A stretch of DNA of 64,000 bases, taken from contig CAVWLP010000002.1 of the NCBI GenBank assembly GCA_963755915.1, positions 4,896,001-4,960,000 on the forward strand, written 5' to 3'. Position 1 is the stretch's first letter. Each line of letters opens with the position of its first letter. The notes beneath the pieces are model-generated. The model searched no databases, had not been told where the DNA came from, and saw nothing but the letters and a program-made list of their open reading frames with translations. This DNA comes from an uncultured Phycisphaerales bacterium. GTDB lineage: Bacteria; Planctomycetota; Phycisphaerae; Tepidisphaerales; Tepidisphaeraceae. The position numbers were made by a program, and so were the translations under genes. Of the stretch, positions 18,875-28,046 are shown piece after piece.

Positions 18875-19782
18875 AAGTGACGGTCCTCTACGGCGGCCCA
18901 AGCGCAGAGCGCGAGGTGAGCCTGGTAAGCGGAGGGGCCGTCATCGAAGCGCTTCGGGGGATGGGGCACGAGGTTTTTGCCAGCGACGTCTCCCCTGCCG
19001 ATCTTTCCGGGCTCGATCATCCTGCCGATGTCATTTTTCCGGTTCTGCACGGGGCTTTTGGAGAAAGCGGAGAGTTGCAGGAAATTCTGGAGCAGCGGGG
19101 ATTGCGATTCGTCGGCAGCGGCTCGAAAGCGTCGCGCCTGGGGATGAACAAAGTGCTTACCAAGCAGGTGTGGGAAAAGGCGGGGCTGCCGACGCCGGCA
19201 TATCGTGTGATCAAGCGCGGGGAAGAAGCTTATGACGCGCCGGGCGCGTGCGTCGTCAAAGCGATCGACAGCGGGAGCAGCATCGACGTTTATCTCTGCA
19301 AATCGCCGGCGGAATGCTCGGCACAGACTGCGACGGCGATTAAGGAAGTTCTCTCGCGGCACGAGTCGGCGCTGGTGGAGAAATTCATTGATGGGATCGA
19401 GCTGACGGTGGGAATCTTGGAAGAGAAACCGCTGGCGCCGATTCGCATCGTGCCGAAGCGGGAGTTTTTTGATTACGAAGCGAAATATCGATCCAGCGAG
19501 ACCGAGCACCGGTTTGAGACAGGTCTGCCGGCGGAGGTTGTGCAAAGCTGCCGGGAACTGGCTCAGCGTGCTAACGCGGCCGTGGGGGCGCGGGATCTGG
19601 CGCGGATCGACATCATGGTCGATCGCGCGAATCAACCCTATCTGCTGGAAATCAATACTTTGCCGGGGTTCACGCCCCGCAGCCTTTTGCCTGAGGCGGC
19701 AAAACATGCGGGGATTGAGTTTGGGCCGTTGGTGGATCGGCTGGTTAGGCGGGCGGGGGGGCGCGGCGCCGACGTGGTTTAG
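18871..19782 (+). CDS. ddl: D-alanine--D-alanine ligase
   Basis: GGPSAEREVSLVSG, LHGAFGESG, GSSI, FFDYEAKY, LEINTLPGFT..SL.P. Confidence 0.96.
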   Translation: MKVTVLYGGPSAEREVSLVSGGAVIEALRGMGHEVFASDVSPADLSGLDHPADVIFPVLHGAFGESGELQEILEQRGLRFVGSGSKASRLGMNKVLTKQVWEKAGLPTPAYRVIKRGEEAYDAPGACVVKAIDSGSSIDVYLCKSPAECSAQTATAIKEVLSRHESALVEKFIDGIELTVGILEEKPLAPIRIVPKREFFDYEAKYRSSETEHRFETGLPAEVVQSCRELAQRANAAVGARDLARIDIMVDRANQPYLLEINTLPGFTPRSLLPEAAKHAGIEFGPLVDRLVRRAGGRGADVV

Positions 19783-19882
19783 GTTTGCGCCGTCGTGGCA
19801 TTAGTTCAGCAAGGCGGTCGGTCCGCACGCTGGATGACTCACATCGATATCGTCTGTTGAAATCCAAGCCAAATGGTCGTCC

Positions 19883-19924
19883 AGCCCCCACCCTAACCCT
19901 CCCCCGGAGTACCAGGGGAGGGGA
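19883..19924. repeat. REP-like palindromic element, 42 nt (other copies at 62653-62694 and, more divergent, 30600-30640)
   Basis: agcccccaccctaaccctcccccggagtaccaggggagggga; 41 of 42 nt identical to the copy in the MFS gene. Confidence 0.85.
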
Positions 19925-20010
19925 TAAGAGCGCGGCCTGATCGCCAGGGTAACTCTCAGGCCTCGAAGCTCACGTCAGTCGTGTTAAACGTCCGATAAAG
20001 ATACGAGACC

Positions 20011-20967
20011 ATGGCCAAGCCTCGGAAGTCGGCGTCGTTGCCGAGCCGCAAATCCTCTATTTCCGCCGACCTATGGTGGCGTTGCGCACTTCATGGGACG
20101 ATTTTTCTTATCTTTGCATCGGGGATCGTTTCACTGTTTCGGTTCAGCGAGATTTATGTCGATCGGCGAATCGCTTTTCCGACGGAGCCGCCAAAGGTTG
20201 TTCTGGCAAATCGACCGGTGTGGATGACCGATTTCCTGGCCGATCAGATCATGCGATCGATCCAGCCGGTTGGGTTGCACTCCTCGTTTGATCGTCAGCT
20301 ACTCGTTCAAACGTCCCGATCGCTGGGGGCTAACCCGTGGATTCAATCCGTCAACCAAGTCCGACGGGTCTACCAGGACCATCCCGGAGACACGCTGCAA
20401 ATCGATTGCGTCTACCGCGCCCCAGCGGCGGTCGTGAAATGGGGGCAGTTTTTCTGGCTGGTGGACTCGCATGGGGTAAAGCTTCCGGAGCAATACACCG
20501 CCGACCAGTTGCCGAAAATTCTCGTGGGCACGGATGGGAAGGCGAATATTCGCATTATCGACGGCGTTTCGAGGCCACCATGTGAGCCGGGACATGTCTG
20601 GTCCGGCGAAGATATCGCCAGCGCTCTGGAAATGGCGCGGCTGTTGTCGACGGTCGATTGGGCGGATCAGATCCGGGTGATCGATGTCAGCAACCTCTCC
20701 GGGCGACGGGACATACGCGAGGCGCAAATCGTTCTAGTGACGCGTTTTGGCACGCAAATCCGCTGGGGCCGGCCGCCCAGTGCGGCGGACGCGTTCGTTG
20801 AAGTCTCTCCTGCGGTGAAGCTTGCCGCCATCGACAATATCTTCTGGCGCGATCAGCGTGTCGACGCCAATCAGCCGTGGATCGACGTGCGTTTTGATCG
20901 GGTCACCTGCCCTGGGGAAGCGCAAAACGCCACGGCACAAGTCGATAGCACTTCAAACGCTCAATAA
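20011..20967 (+). CDS. ftsQ: FtsQ/DivIB-like bitopic membrane protein
   Basis: Basic N-terminus, single TM, POTRA/beta pattern 'PWIQSVNQVRR...PGDTLQIDCVYRAPAAVV...LVDSHGVKL', C-terminal 'IDVRF'; canonical position after ddl. Confidence 0.7.
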   Translation: MAKPRKSASLPSRKSSISADLWWRCALHGTIFLIFASGIVSLFRFSEIYVDRRIAFPTEPPKVVLANRPVWMTDFLADQIMRSIQPVGLHSSFDRQLLVQTSRSLGANPWIQSVNQVRRVYQDHPGDTLQIDCVYRAPAAVVKWGQFFWLVDSHGVKLPEQYTADQLPKILVGTDGKANIRIIDGVSRPPCEPGHVWSGEDIASALEMARLLSTVDWADQIRVIDVSNLSGRRDIREAQIVLVTRFGTQIRWGRPPSAADAFVEVSPAVKLAAIDNIFWRDQRVDANQPWIDVRFDRVTCPGEAQNATAQVDSTSNAQ

Positions 20968-21031
20968 ATCCGCCCTTATGCAATCGACTTGCGATAGACT
21001 TGCGGCGTCTATCCGGGAACCTTCGCGGGAA

Positions 21032-21672
21032 ATGGAACACTCGAAAACAAACCTGAAATCAGCGGCGATCGTGATTTGGCTATTGGTCCAGATTGCGGCT
21101 TTGGCGGCGTGCGCGGATCGAATCACGTTTTGGGCGCGCTCGCCGGCGGCTGGGGAGCAATTGGCGCTGGCGGTGATGCTCTGTGCGCAAGTCGGAACCA
21201 GCTCCTTGATATTCCCCTATCTGTTGAGCAGTCGCAACTCGACGATACTCGCGATTGTGAGTGGTTGGCCGCTGGCACAATTGGCAGCGTACTTGTCGGA
21301 CGCGTCGCTAACTCAAGCCGCGGGGGGAGAGCTTTATGTTTCGGCCTGGCTGCTGGGGCTGACTTTTTATTCTCCGCTGCTTCGAAGTGAATCGGCGAAA
21401 CTGATTGGCGCGGCACTGGCAGCCATGATTGCGCTGGGTGGGCCTTTCATTCTTTATCTGCGCCTGGAATTCGCTGCCGGTGTGAGCGTGCCGTTGCAAT
21501 CGTTCGCCTCGTTTGGACCGGTTGATGGTGCGCTTTCCCAGACTTGCGCACGGGATACTCCGCAGGATCCATCGTGGCGTGGGCGATTCCAGCGGCGTTA
21601 ATCGCCATCGGGGCGGCGTTGAATTTTGCAATTTGGAAGCGTCGCGACAATTCGCGACAAGTTATCCACTGA
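21032..21672 (+). CDS. Multi-pass membrane protein (frameshift near 21540-21580)
   Basis: Hydrophobic ORF; the last helix (WAIPAALIAIGAALNFAIWKRR) is in another frame ending at 21672. Confidence 0.6.
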
Positions 21673-21859
21673 AATTTCACATTGCGGATGCGGGTTGAAT
21701 CGCTGTTTTTTCGTTGAAAATCCCAAACGAAGCCTTATCGGCGCGAAAAACATTTTCATGATTTTTTGCGCGCACTCTTGCATCCCGTGGGAGGCTTGGT
21801 AAAGTTTCCCTGTCAATCCCACATACACAAGGTCATGTGGGGAGAAATCCTAGAACCTG

Positions 21860-22306
21860 ATGCCGGTATTCTTTGGCGAACATGACCTCTCAATCGATGA
21901 CAAAAATCGCCTCCTTATTCCGGCCCAGATTCGGAAAAAGATTGACCCGGAAGTTGATGGAAGAAGTTTGTTTGTAACCTTGAAACGTAACAACCATGGC
22001 ATGATCCCGTGGTTTTATCCCGAGGCCTTTTTCATGGGCCTCGTGAAACAAGGAGCTCCGGCCGTTTTAGCACCTGATGAGCAGCAACTCAAGTTCACGT
22101 ATGAAACACTTTCGATCGCAGACGAATTGGAGTGGGACAATCAGGGACGAGTAGTTTTATCGGAAAAGATCCTTGGCCGGGCCAGTCTCGGAAAGGAAGT
22201 GACTCTCGTCGGTGCGAATGAACATTTGGAGTTATGGAATCGGAGTGCATGGGTCGCTTTTCGGGATTCGGGATTTAAGACTGAGCCTCGTGTATTGGAC
22301 AGGTAG
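21860..22306 (+). CDS. mraZ: Division/cell-wall cluster transcriptional regulator MraZ
   Basis: Two SpoVT/AbrB repeats: FFGEHDLSIDDKNRLLIP and WDNQGRVVL...VTLVGANEHLELWN...W. Confidence 0.9.
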   Translation: MPVFFGEHDLSIDDKNRLLIPAQIRKKIDPEVDGRSLFVTLKRNNHGMIPWFYPEAFFMGLVKQGAPAVLAPDEQQLKFTYETLSIADELEWDNQGRVVLSEKILGRASLGKEVTLVGANEHLELWNRSAWVAFRDSGFKTEPRVLDR

Positions 22307-23063
22307 TTTCGGGCCTCATATCGGGCAATGGGAAAGAAAGATGGAGTTTTGCGGGCCTTGAATAAGCACCGCAGAACGGGAATGAAAAGCAGTTGTAAGG
22401 GAACTGGAATCGACCGCGACCAGCATTTTAAAAACAGGCTGGTTGAATCATGTTTGTGGGCAGTTTTTCTCGCGGCGCGGGCGTATTCAACGCCGTGAGG
22501 AAAGATCGGGAGCCTGAATCAGGGAAGGTTTGGGTCTCCGCTAAATCCTAGTAGTTGAATGAGTTGCTCATCGCGACGACGGATGAAGTGTCGGCGGCAG
22601 GGATGCTCCGCGCTCATCGGCCGAATCCGCAAGGGAATGGATGCCCGTTGTTTGCGGATGCAGGATCGAGCGCGATGGCAGCAGCCATTTCGCGGCATCG
22701 GCGGGTTGTGCGATGCCTCGGAATGGGGCCTCGGAATGGGGCTTAGAGACCGGGGAAGGCTGTGGGTTTCGCTCCAGGGATCGGAACGAAATCCACCGCC
22801 AAACCGGTCATCACTAGAAGTCGTGTAGGTAGAGTCATCGCAAGTTGGATGGGATCCCTCGGCTGCAACCGAGGGCGGGCAGGATGCCCGGCTCTGCCTT
22901 TTATACGAACAAAGTACTAACTCGCTCAGTATCTTATCTCTTGAGAGAAATTGCAAGTGGGAAAAAACTAAGGGTAATGGATCAATTCGGGGGCGGTAGG
23001 AAGTTTGAAATATCCCACGGCGGCGCCGTGGGCGTTCCGGGATCAAACTGAATCAATACCAAA

Positions 23064-24061
23064 CTAAGGGGTCAGCAGCTTCGCGGCGACTGCGGAAAAA
23101 TAGGTGATAATCATATCGGCGCCCGCGCGCTTCATCGCAGTTAAGGATTCCAGAACTACCGCGTCGCGATCCAGCCAGCCGTTTTTTGCCGCGGCTTCGA
23201 TCATCGAATATTCACCGCTCACCTGATAGGCCACCACAGGCACATTCACCGCTTGTTTGACTGCGGCGAGAATGTCCAGATATGGGAGGCCGGGCTTGAC
23301 CATCACCAGGTCGGCGCCCTGTTCGACGTCGAGCCGGGCTTCGCGGATCGCCTCGGGTATGCCACGGGCGGGGTCCATCTGATAGGAGCGGCGGTCGCCG
23401 AACTGCGGCGCAGAATCTGCCGCATCTCGGAAGGGGCCGTAAAACGCGCTGGCGTATTTGACGGAGTAGGCGAGGATTCCCACATCGCCAAAGCCCGCTG
23501 CGTCCAAGCCGCTGCGCAGGGCTCCGACCGCGCCGTCCATCATTCCGCTGGGGGCGACCAAATCGGCGCCGGCTTTGGCGTGGTTGATGGCTTGCTCCAC
23601 GAGCCGGGGCACCGTTGCGTCGTTCAGGACCGTGGAACCCTCGCCGGAGAGGATTCCACAGTGGCCGTGATTCGTGTATTCGCAGAAGCAAAGGTCGGTG
23701 ATGGCAAGCATCGGCGATTTTCGCGATTTCATTTCGCGCAGGAGGCGGCAGACGACGTTGTTGGGATCGAGCGCGGCCGATCCCTGCGGATCCTTGGCGG
23801 CGCGATCGATCACACCGAAAATGAGATAGGCGGGAAATCCTTCGCCGTGGCGCTCCTGGAGCCAATCGGCGGCGACATCGACCGACATCTGAAAAATCCC
23901 CGGCATCGAGGCAATTTCTTTGCGCGCCCCCTGCCGTCGCGCACGAAGACGGGAACGATCAGGTCGCGCCGCTGAAGGCGCACGCTTGCGAGGCTGCCGC
24001 GCATCAGCGGCGAAAGACGGAGCCGGCGCGGGCGCTGCGGCAGATCGGAATTCGCGGCCAT
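23064..24061 (-). CDS. hemB: Porphobilinogen synthase (frameshift near 23930)
   Basis: RPRRLR...DLIVPVFV N-terminus; DLCFCEYTNHGHCG, APSGMMDG, KYASAFYGPFRDAA, MVKPG, AYQVSGEY. Confidence 0.96.
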
Positions 24062-24126
24062 GGTTGTTGATTTTAGTGTGGTGCCGCTGTTTGTCATCAT
24101 TGCCGGTTCCATTACAATTCGCAGCG

Positions 24127-25186
24127 ATGGTTTCCCGGGCGATTTCTTTGGCGAATTCACGACTGATTTCAGGGGGTTTTGCCATCGCGATCGCGATGTT
24201 TCTGTTTTCCAAAGCGGCCCTGGGAAGGGAATACACCACGTGGGAATATCGCGAAGGGCGATGGGTGCAGGCCCCGCGGATGATTCCACAGGTTCCCCAG
24301 CCTGAGCCGGTACTCGACGAAGCCGAGAGACTGCTGGCAGACGAAAATCTGAAACAGGCCAAGATCGTGCTGGTGAACTGGGAGAAGACGCATAAGCACT
24401 CGCCCTCAAGGGACCGGTGCATTTTCGATTTCGCAAGGCTTTACTTCCAGAAGAACAATCGAATCAAGTCGTTCTTCTACTGCGATGAGCTGATGGATGA
24501 ATATCCGGAGAGCAAGTTGTTCCAGACGGCTTTGCAGTGGCAATATGACATCGCCAAGGCGTATCTGGACGGATACAAGGACAGCTTTCTGGGGATGCCG
24601 ATCCTGGACCGCGGGGGCGAGGCGGTGGAAATGATGTGGCGAATCCAGCAGCGCAGCCCGGGCTCGCCGCTGGCGGAAAAGGGATTGCTCGACACGGCCG
24701 ACTATTACTTCAACGACCGCGACTACGATCTGGCCGAGGACGCGTACAATTTTTACGTTCAGAATTACCCGAACAGTTTGCGGGTTCCGGCGGTTAAGCT
24801 TCGGGCGGCTTATGCGTCATGGGCGCAGTTCCGGGGCACGAAGTTCGATGCCAGCCATATCATCGACGCGCAGGCGCAGCTTCTGGTGATTCAGCGGGAG
24901 TATCCGGAGCTGGCGGCGGAGGAAAACGTCCAGGCGGCGCTGGACCGGATCGATGCGGCGTTTGCGCAAATTGTTCGAGCAGGGGGATTTTTATGAGCGG
25001 ACGCACCAGCTTAAGGGGGCGGTGTATCAGTATCGCTTTCTGCTGGAGACGTATCCCGGCTCGACGGACGCAGCCGAGGCGATGGTACGATTGCGGCACA
25101 TGCCGGCGTGGGCTCTGACCGATCCCCCACCGCCACCGGCCAGCGGATATGCACCGGCGACGGAGCCGAGCGCGGATGCGCAATGA
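24127..25186 (+). CDS. bamD: BamD/YfiO-like TPR outer-membrane assembly protein (frameshift near 24970)
   Basis: Signal peptide, TPR repeats with YP.S motifs, 'DFYERT...AVYQYRFLLETYPGS.AA' C-terminus; adjacent to lptE. Confidence 0.7.
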
Positions 25187-25197
25187 AGATCGGACTT

Positions 25198-25285
25198 CAC
25201 CGCGGAGAACGCAGAGAGCGCTGAGACTAAATCAATGAGAAACAAACAAATCCTTTCTCAGCGCTCTCCGCGATCTCTGCGGTTA
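25198..25285. repeat. Inverted-repeat element (accgcggagaacgcagagagcgctgag / ctcagcgctctccgcgatctctgcggt)
   Basis: Two complementary arms between bamD and lptE; similar architecture to 40060-40118. Confidence 0.7.
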
Positions 25286-25789
25286 AATCTGCCGCTGTTG
25301 ATTTCATTGGCGCTTGGCTGTTTGAGCGGCTGCGCATCCGACTCGCAAACCGGCTGGCACTGGGGTTCGGTCTACCGGGAGGACATCCATAGCGTGGCGG
25401 TGCCGGTGTTTACATCGAAGGACTACCGCCGGGGGGTTGAGTCGCAGTTAACCGACTCGCTGGTCAAGAAAATCGAGGAGTACACACCCTATAAGGTCGA
25501 ACCGCGCGATCGGGCGGATACGGTTCTTGAGGGGGAGATCGTAGCGATAACGCCTTCGACACTGTCGCTGAACCCTTACACGGCCACGCCGCAGGAGCAG
25601 GAATATTCGATCATCGTGAATTTCACGTGGAAGGACCTGCGAACGGGGAAGATATTATTGAGCCGGCAGGGGTTTGAGCAGGCGACGACCTACTTCCCGA
25701 GCCTTGGGGAAGGGCAATACGTGGCGTCCGAGAACGCGGTCGAAAAGCTTGCCCTGGGGATCGTAAACGAGATGGAGGGGCCGTGGTAG
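25235..25789 (+). CDS. lptE: LptE-family lipoprotein (start uncertain)
   Basis: Lipobox LSGC; SVAVPVF....RRGVESQLTDSLVKKIE..TPYKV...ADTVLEGEI...WKDLRTGKIL. Confidence 0.75.
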   Translation: MRNKQILSQRSPRSLRLNLPLLISLALGCLSGCASDSQTGWHWGSVYREDIHSVAVPVFTSKDYRRGVESQLTDSLVKKIEEYTPYKVEPRDRADTVLEGEIVAITPSTLSLNPYTATPQEQEYSIIVNFTWKDLRTGKILLSRQGFEQATTYFPSLGEGQYVASENAVEKLALGIVNEMEGPW

Positions 25790-25988
25790 ACGCTACGGGT
25801 TGCGCTTTATCACACGCTAGGGCCATAATTTGCCGATTGATTCGTTAATACGAGTGATTGCGGCTGGAAAACCGGGGGGCGAACCCCTTATGATGGCATG
25901 GACGTATGTTTTCCGGTCGCAGCCTGGCGGCACACCAGACCGGTGAGTCGCTTGCAGCAAAGGAATTGCGACCGAATTAAGGATAATT

Positions 25989-28028
25989 ATGTCAGAACCA
26001 CGACCCCCCGGAGCCCCCTTCCGAAAAAACGGCCGGAATACCCAAAACGGCAATGGCATGCGCGTTCCGCGGGGGCTGTTCGCGTGGGTGCTTTTCATCA
26101 GCCTGCTCATCATGCTGGTGATGCTGCTCCGGAGCACGGGGCCCAACAGCCAGCAGATTCCCATTTCCGACTTTGAGACGCTTCTGAAAAACGATCGCGT
26201 GCAGGAATTCACCATCGACGGAAACGACGTCGAAGGCCAAGTGAAGGAAAACATCCCAATCCCCAACGCGCCGGCCAACACGCGGTGGTTCAAGACGGAA
26301 TACCCTGAGGGGACCTTTTCCAACGGAACCTATCTGGCGCAGTTGATGACAATGCACGGCGACAGCAAGGTTGACGCCAAGAATGAGTCCAACCTGCTGA
26401 TCAACATTCTGCTGCCGCTGGTGCCGTGGCTGCTGATCTTCGGATTCATCTGGTTCTTCGTCTTCCGGCAGCTCCGCAACAGCGCGGGGGCGGGCGGGAT
26501 GCTGGGAAGCTTCGGCAAGAGCAAGCACAAGATTACGGCGAAGGATCACACCAACATCACCTTCGATGACGTGGCCGGCGTTGAAGAGGCCAAGGAAGAG
26601 GTGATGGAAATCGTGGAGTTCCTGAAGAACCCCAAGAAATTCCAGCGCCTGGGGGGACGAATTCCGCGCGGCGTGCTGCTGGTGGGCGAGCCGGGCACTG
26701 GTAAGACGCTGCTGGCCAAGGCAATCGCCGGCGAGGCGGATTGCCCGTTCTTCAGCATCAGCGGGTCTGACTTCGTCGAAATGTTCGTGGGCGTCGGGGC
26801 GAGCCGGGTACGCGATCTGTTTAAGCAGGCGAAGGACAACAGCCCGTGCATCATCTTCCTGGATGAAATCGACGCGGTGGGACGCCGGCGGGGCAGCGGG
26901 TTTTCCAGCGGCGGACATGACGAGCGCGAACAGACATTAAACGCCATCCTCGTGGAGATGGACGGCTTCGATACGAACGACCAGGTGATCGTGTGTGCGG
27001 CGACGAACCGGGTGGACGTGCTCGATCCGGCGCTGACCCGGCCGGGGCGATTCGATCGGCAGATTTACGTGCCGCTGCCGGACGTCAAGGGGCGGCTGGA
27101 AATTCTCAAGGTCCATAGCCGGAAGGTGAAACTTGGGCCGAACGTGGATTTGCAGCGGCTGGCCCGGGCGACGCCGGGATTCAGCGGGGCGGATTTGGCC
27201 GCCATCATCAACGAGTCGGCGCTGGGCGCGACGCTGGCGGGCAAGGAATTCATCGAGATGGACGATCTCGAGGAAGCCCGCGACAAAGTCCGCTGGGGCC
27301 GGGCGAGAAAGAGCCGCGTGATCGATGAAAAAGAAAAGATTGCCACGGCCTATCACGAAGCGGGGCATGCCGTCGTGCAATACCTGGAGAAAGACGCCGA
27401 TCCGATCCACAAGGTGACGATCATCCCGCGCGGGAACTATGGCGGGGCGACGATGGCGCTGCCGGAAAAAGACCGCATGTCCCATTCCAAGAAATGGTGC
27501 TATGCGTTCATGAAGGTTTGCTTCGGCGGGCGAATCGCCGAGGAGATGTTCACCGGGGATGTGAACACCGGCGCGGCGGGCGATATCCGGCAGGCGACTT
27601 CTTTGGCGCGAAAAATGATCCGCGACTGGGGCATGAGCGATCGCCTCGGCTTCGTTTTCTATGGCGAGGACGACAATCGCCCCGGGTTTTTCGAAATGAA
27701 CGGCGGACGCGACTATTCCGAAGAAACCGCCAAGGCCATCGACGAAGAGACGAGGTCGCTGATCGACCGGCTCTACGATGAGACGCGGAAAATCCTCGAA
27801 GCCAACAAGGATCGCGTTGAGGCGCTGGCCAAGGCGCTGACGCGATATGAGACGCTGGACGCCTCGGAAGTCGACCGCGTCATGAAGGGCGAAACGCTCA
27901 CCAAGCCGACGGTTGGCGATCTGCTGGAAAAAGAGCAGAGTCGGCGTGGCGTGGTGATTCAGCCGGCGCCTGAGGTCAAAGGGCCGGACGTGACCCTCGG
28001 CGGTGGGCCGTTGCCGACGCCGGGGTGA
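25989..28028 (+). CDS. ftsH: ATP-dependent zinc metalloprotease FtsH
   Basis: Two [40 protein letters not shown]. Confidence 0.98.
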   Translation: MSEPRPPGAPFRKNGRNTQNGNGMRVPRGLFAWVLFISLLIMLVMLLRSTGPNSQQIPISDFETLLKNDRVQEFTIDGNDVEGQVKENIPIPNAPANTRWFKTEYPEGTFSNGTYLAQLMTMHGDSKVDAKNESNLLINILLPLVPWLLIFGFIWFFVFRQLRNSAGAGGMLGSFGKSKHKITAKDHTNITFDDVAGVEEAKEEVMEIVEFLKNPKKFQRLGGRIPRGVLLVGEPGTGKTLLAKAIAGEADCPFFSISGSDFVEMFVGVGASRVRDLFKQAKDNSPCIIFLDEIDAVGRRRGSGFSSGGHDEREQTLNAILVEMDGFDTNDQVIVCAATNRVDVLDPALTRPGRFDRQIYVPLPDVKGRLEILKVHSRKVKLGPNVDLQRLARATPGFSGADLAAIINESALGATLAGKEFIEMDDLEEARDKVRWGRARKSRVIDEKEKIATAYHEAGHAVVQYLEKDADPIHKVTIIPRGNYGGATMALPEKDRMSHSKKWCYAFMKVCFGGRIAEEMFTGDVNTGAAGDIRQATSLARKMIRDWGMSDRLGFVFYGEDDNRPGFFEMNGGRDYSEETAKAIDEETRSLIDRLYDETRKILEANKDRVEALAKALTRYETLDASEVDRVMKGETLTKPTVGDLLEKEQSRRGVVIQPAPEVKGPDVTLGGGPLPTPG

Positions 28029-28046
28029 ACCGCGCTTAAATGTTCC

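Noticed and set aside
21662-21670. DnaA box-like TTATCCACT suggesting oriC
   Set aside because: Single imperfect box inside a gene end; no box cluster and no dnaA nearby.
22495-22900. RNase P RNA, suggested by GAGGAAAG near 22497 and CCCGGCT near 22888
   Set aside because: Lacks GAGGAAAGUCC and the ACAGAA/AAACCCGGCUUA P4 partner; matches are partial only.
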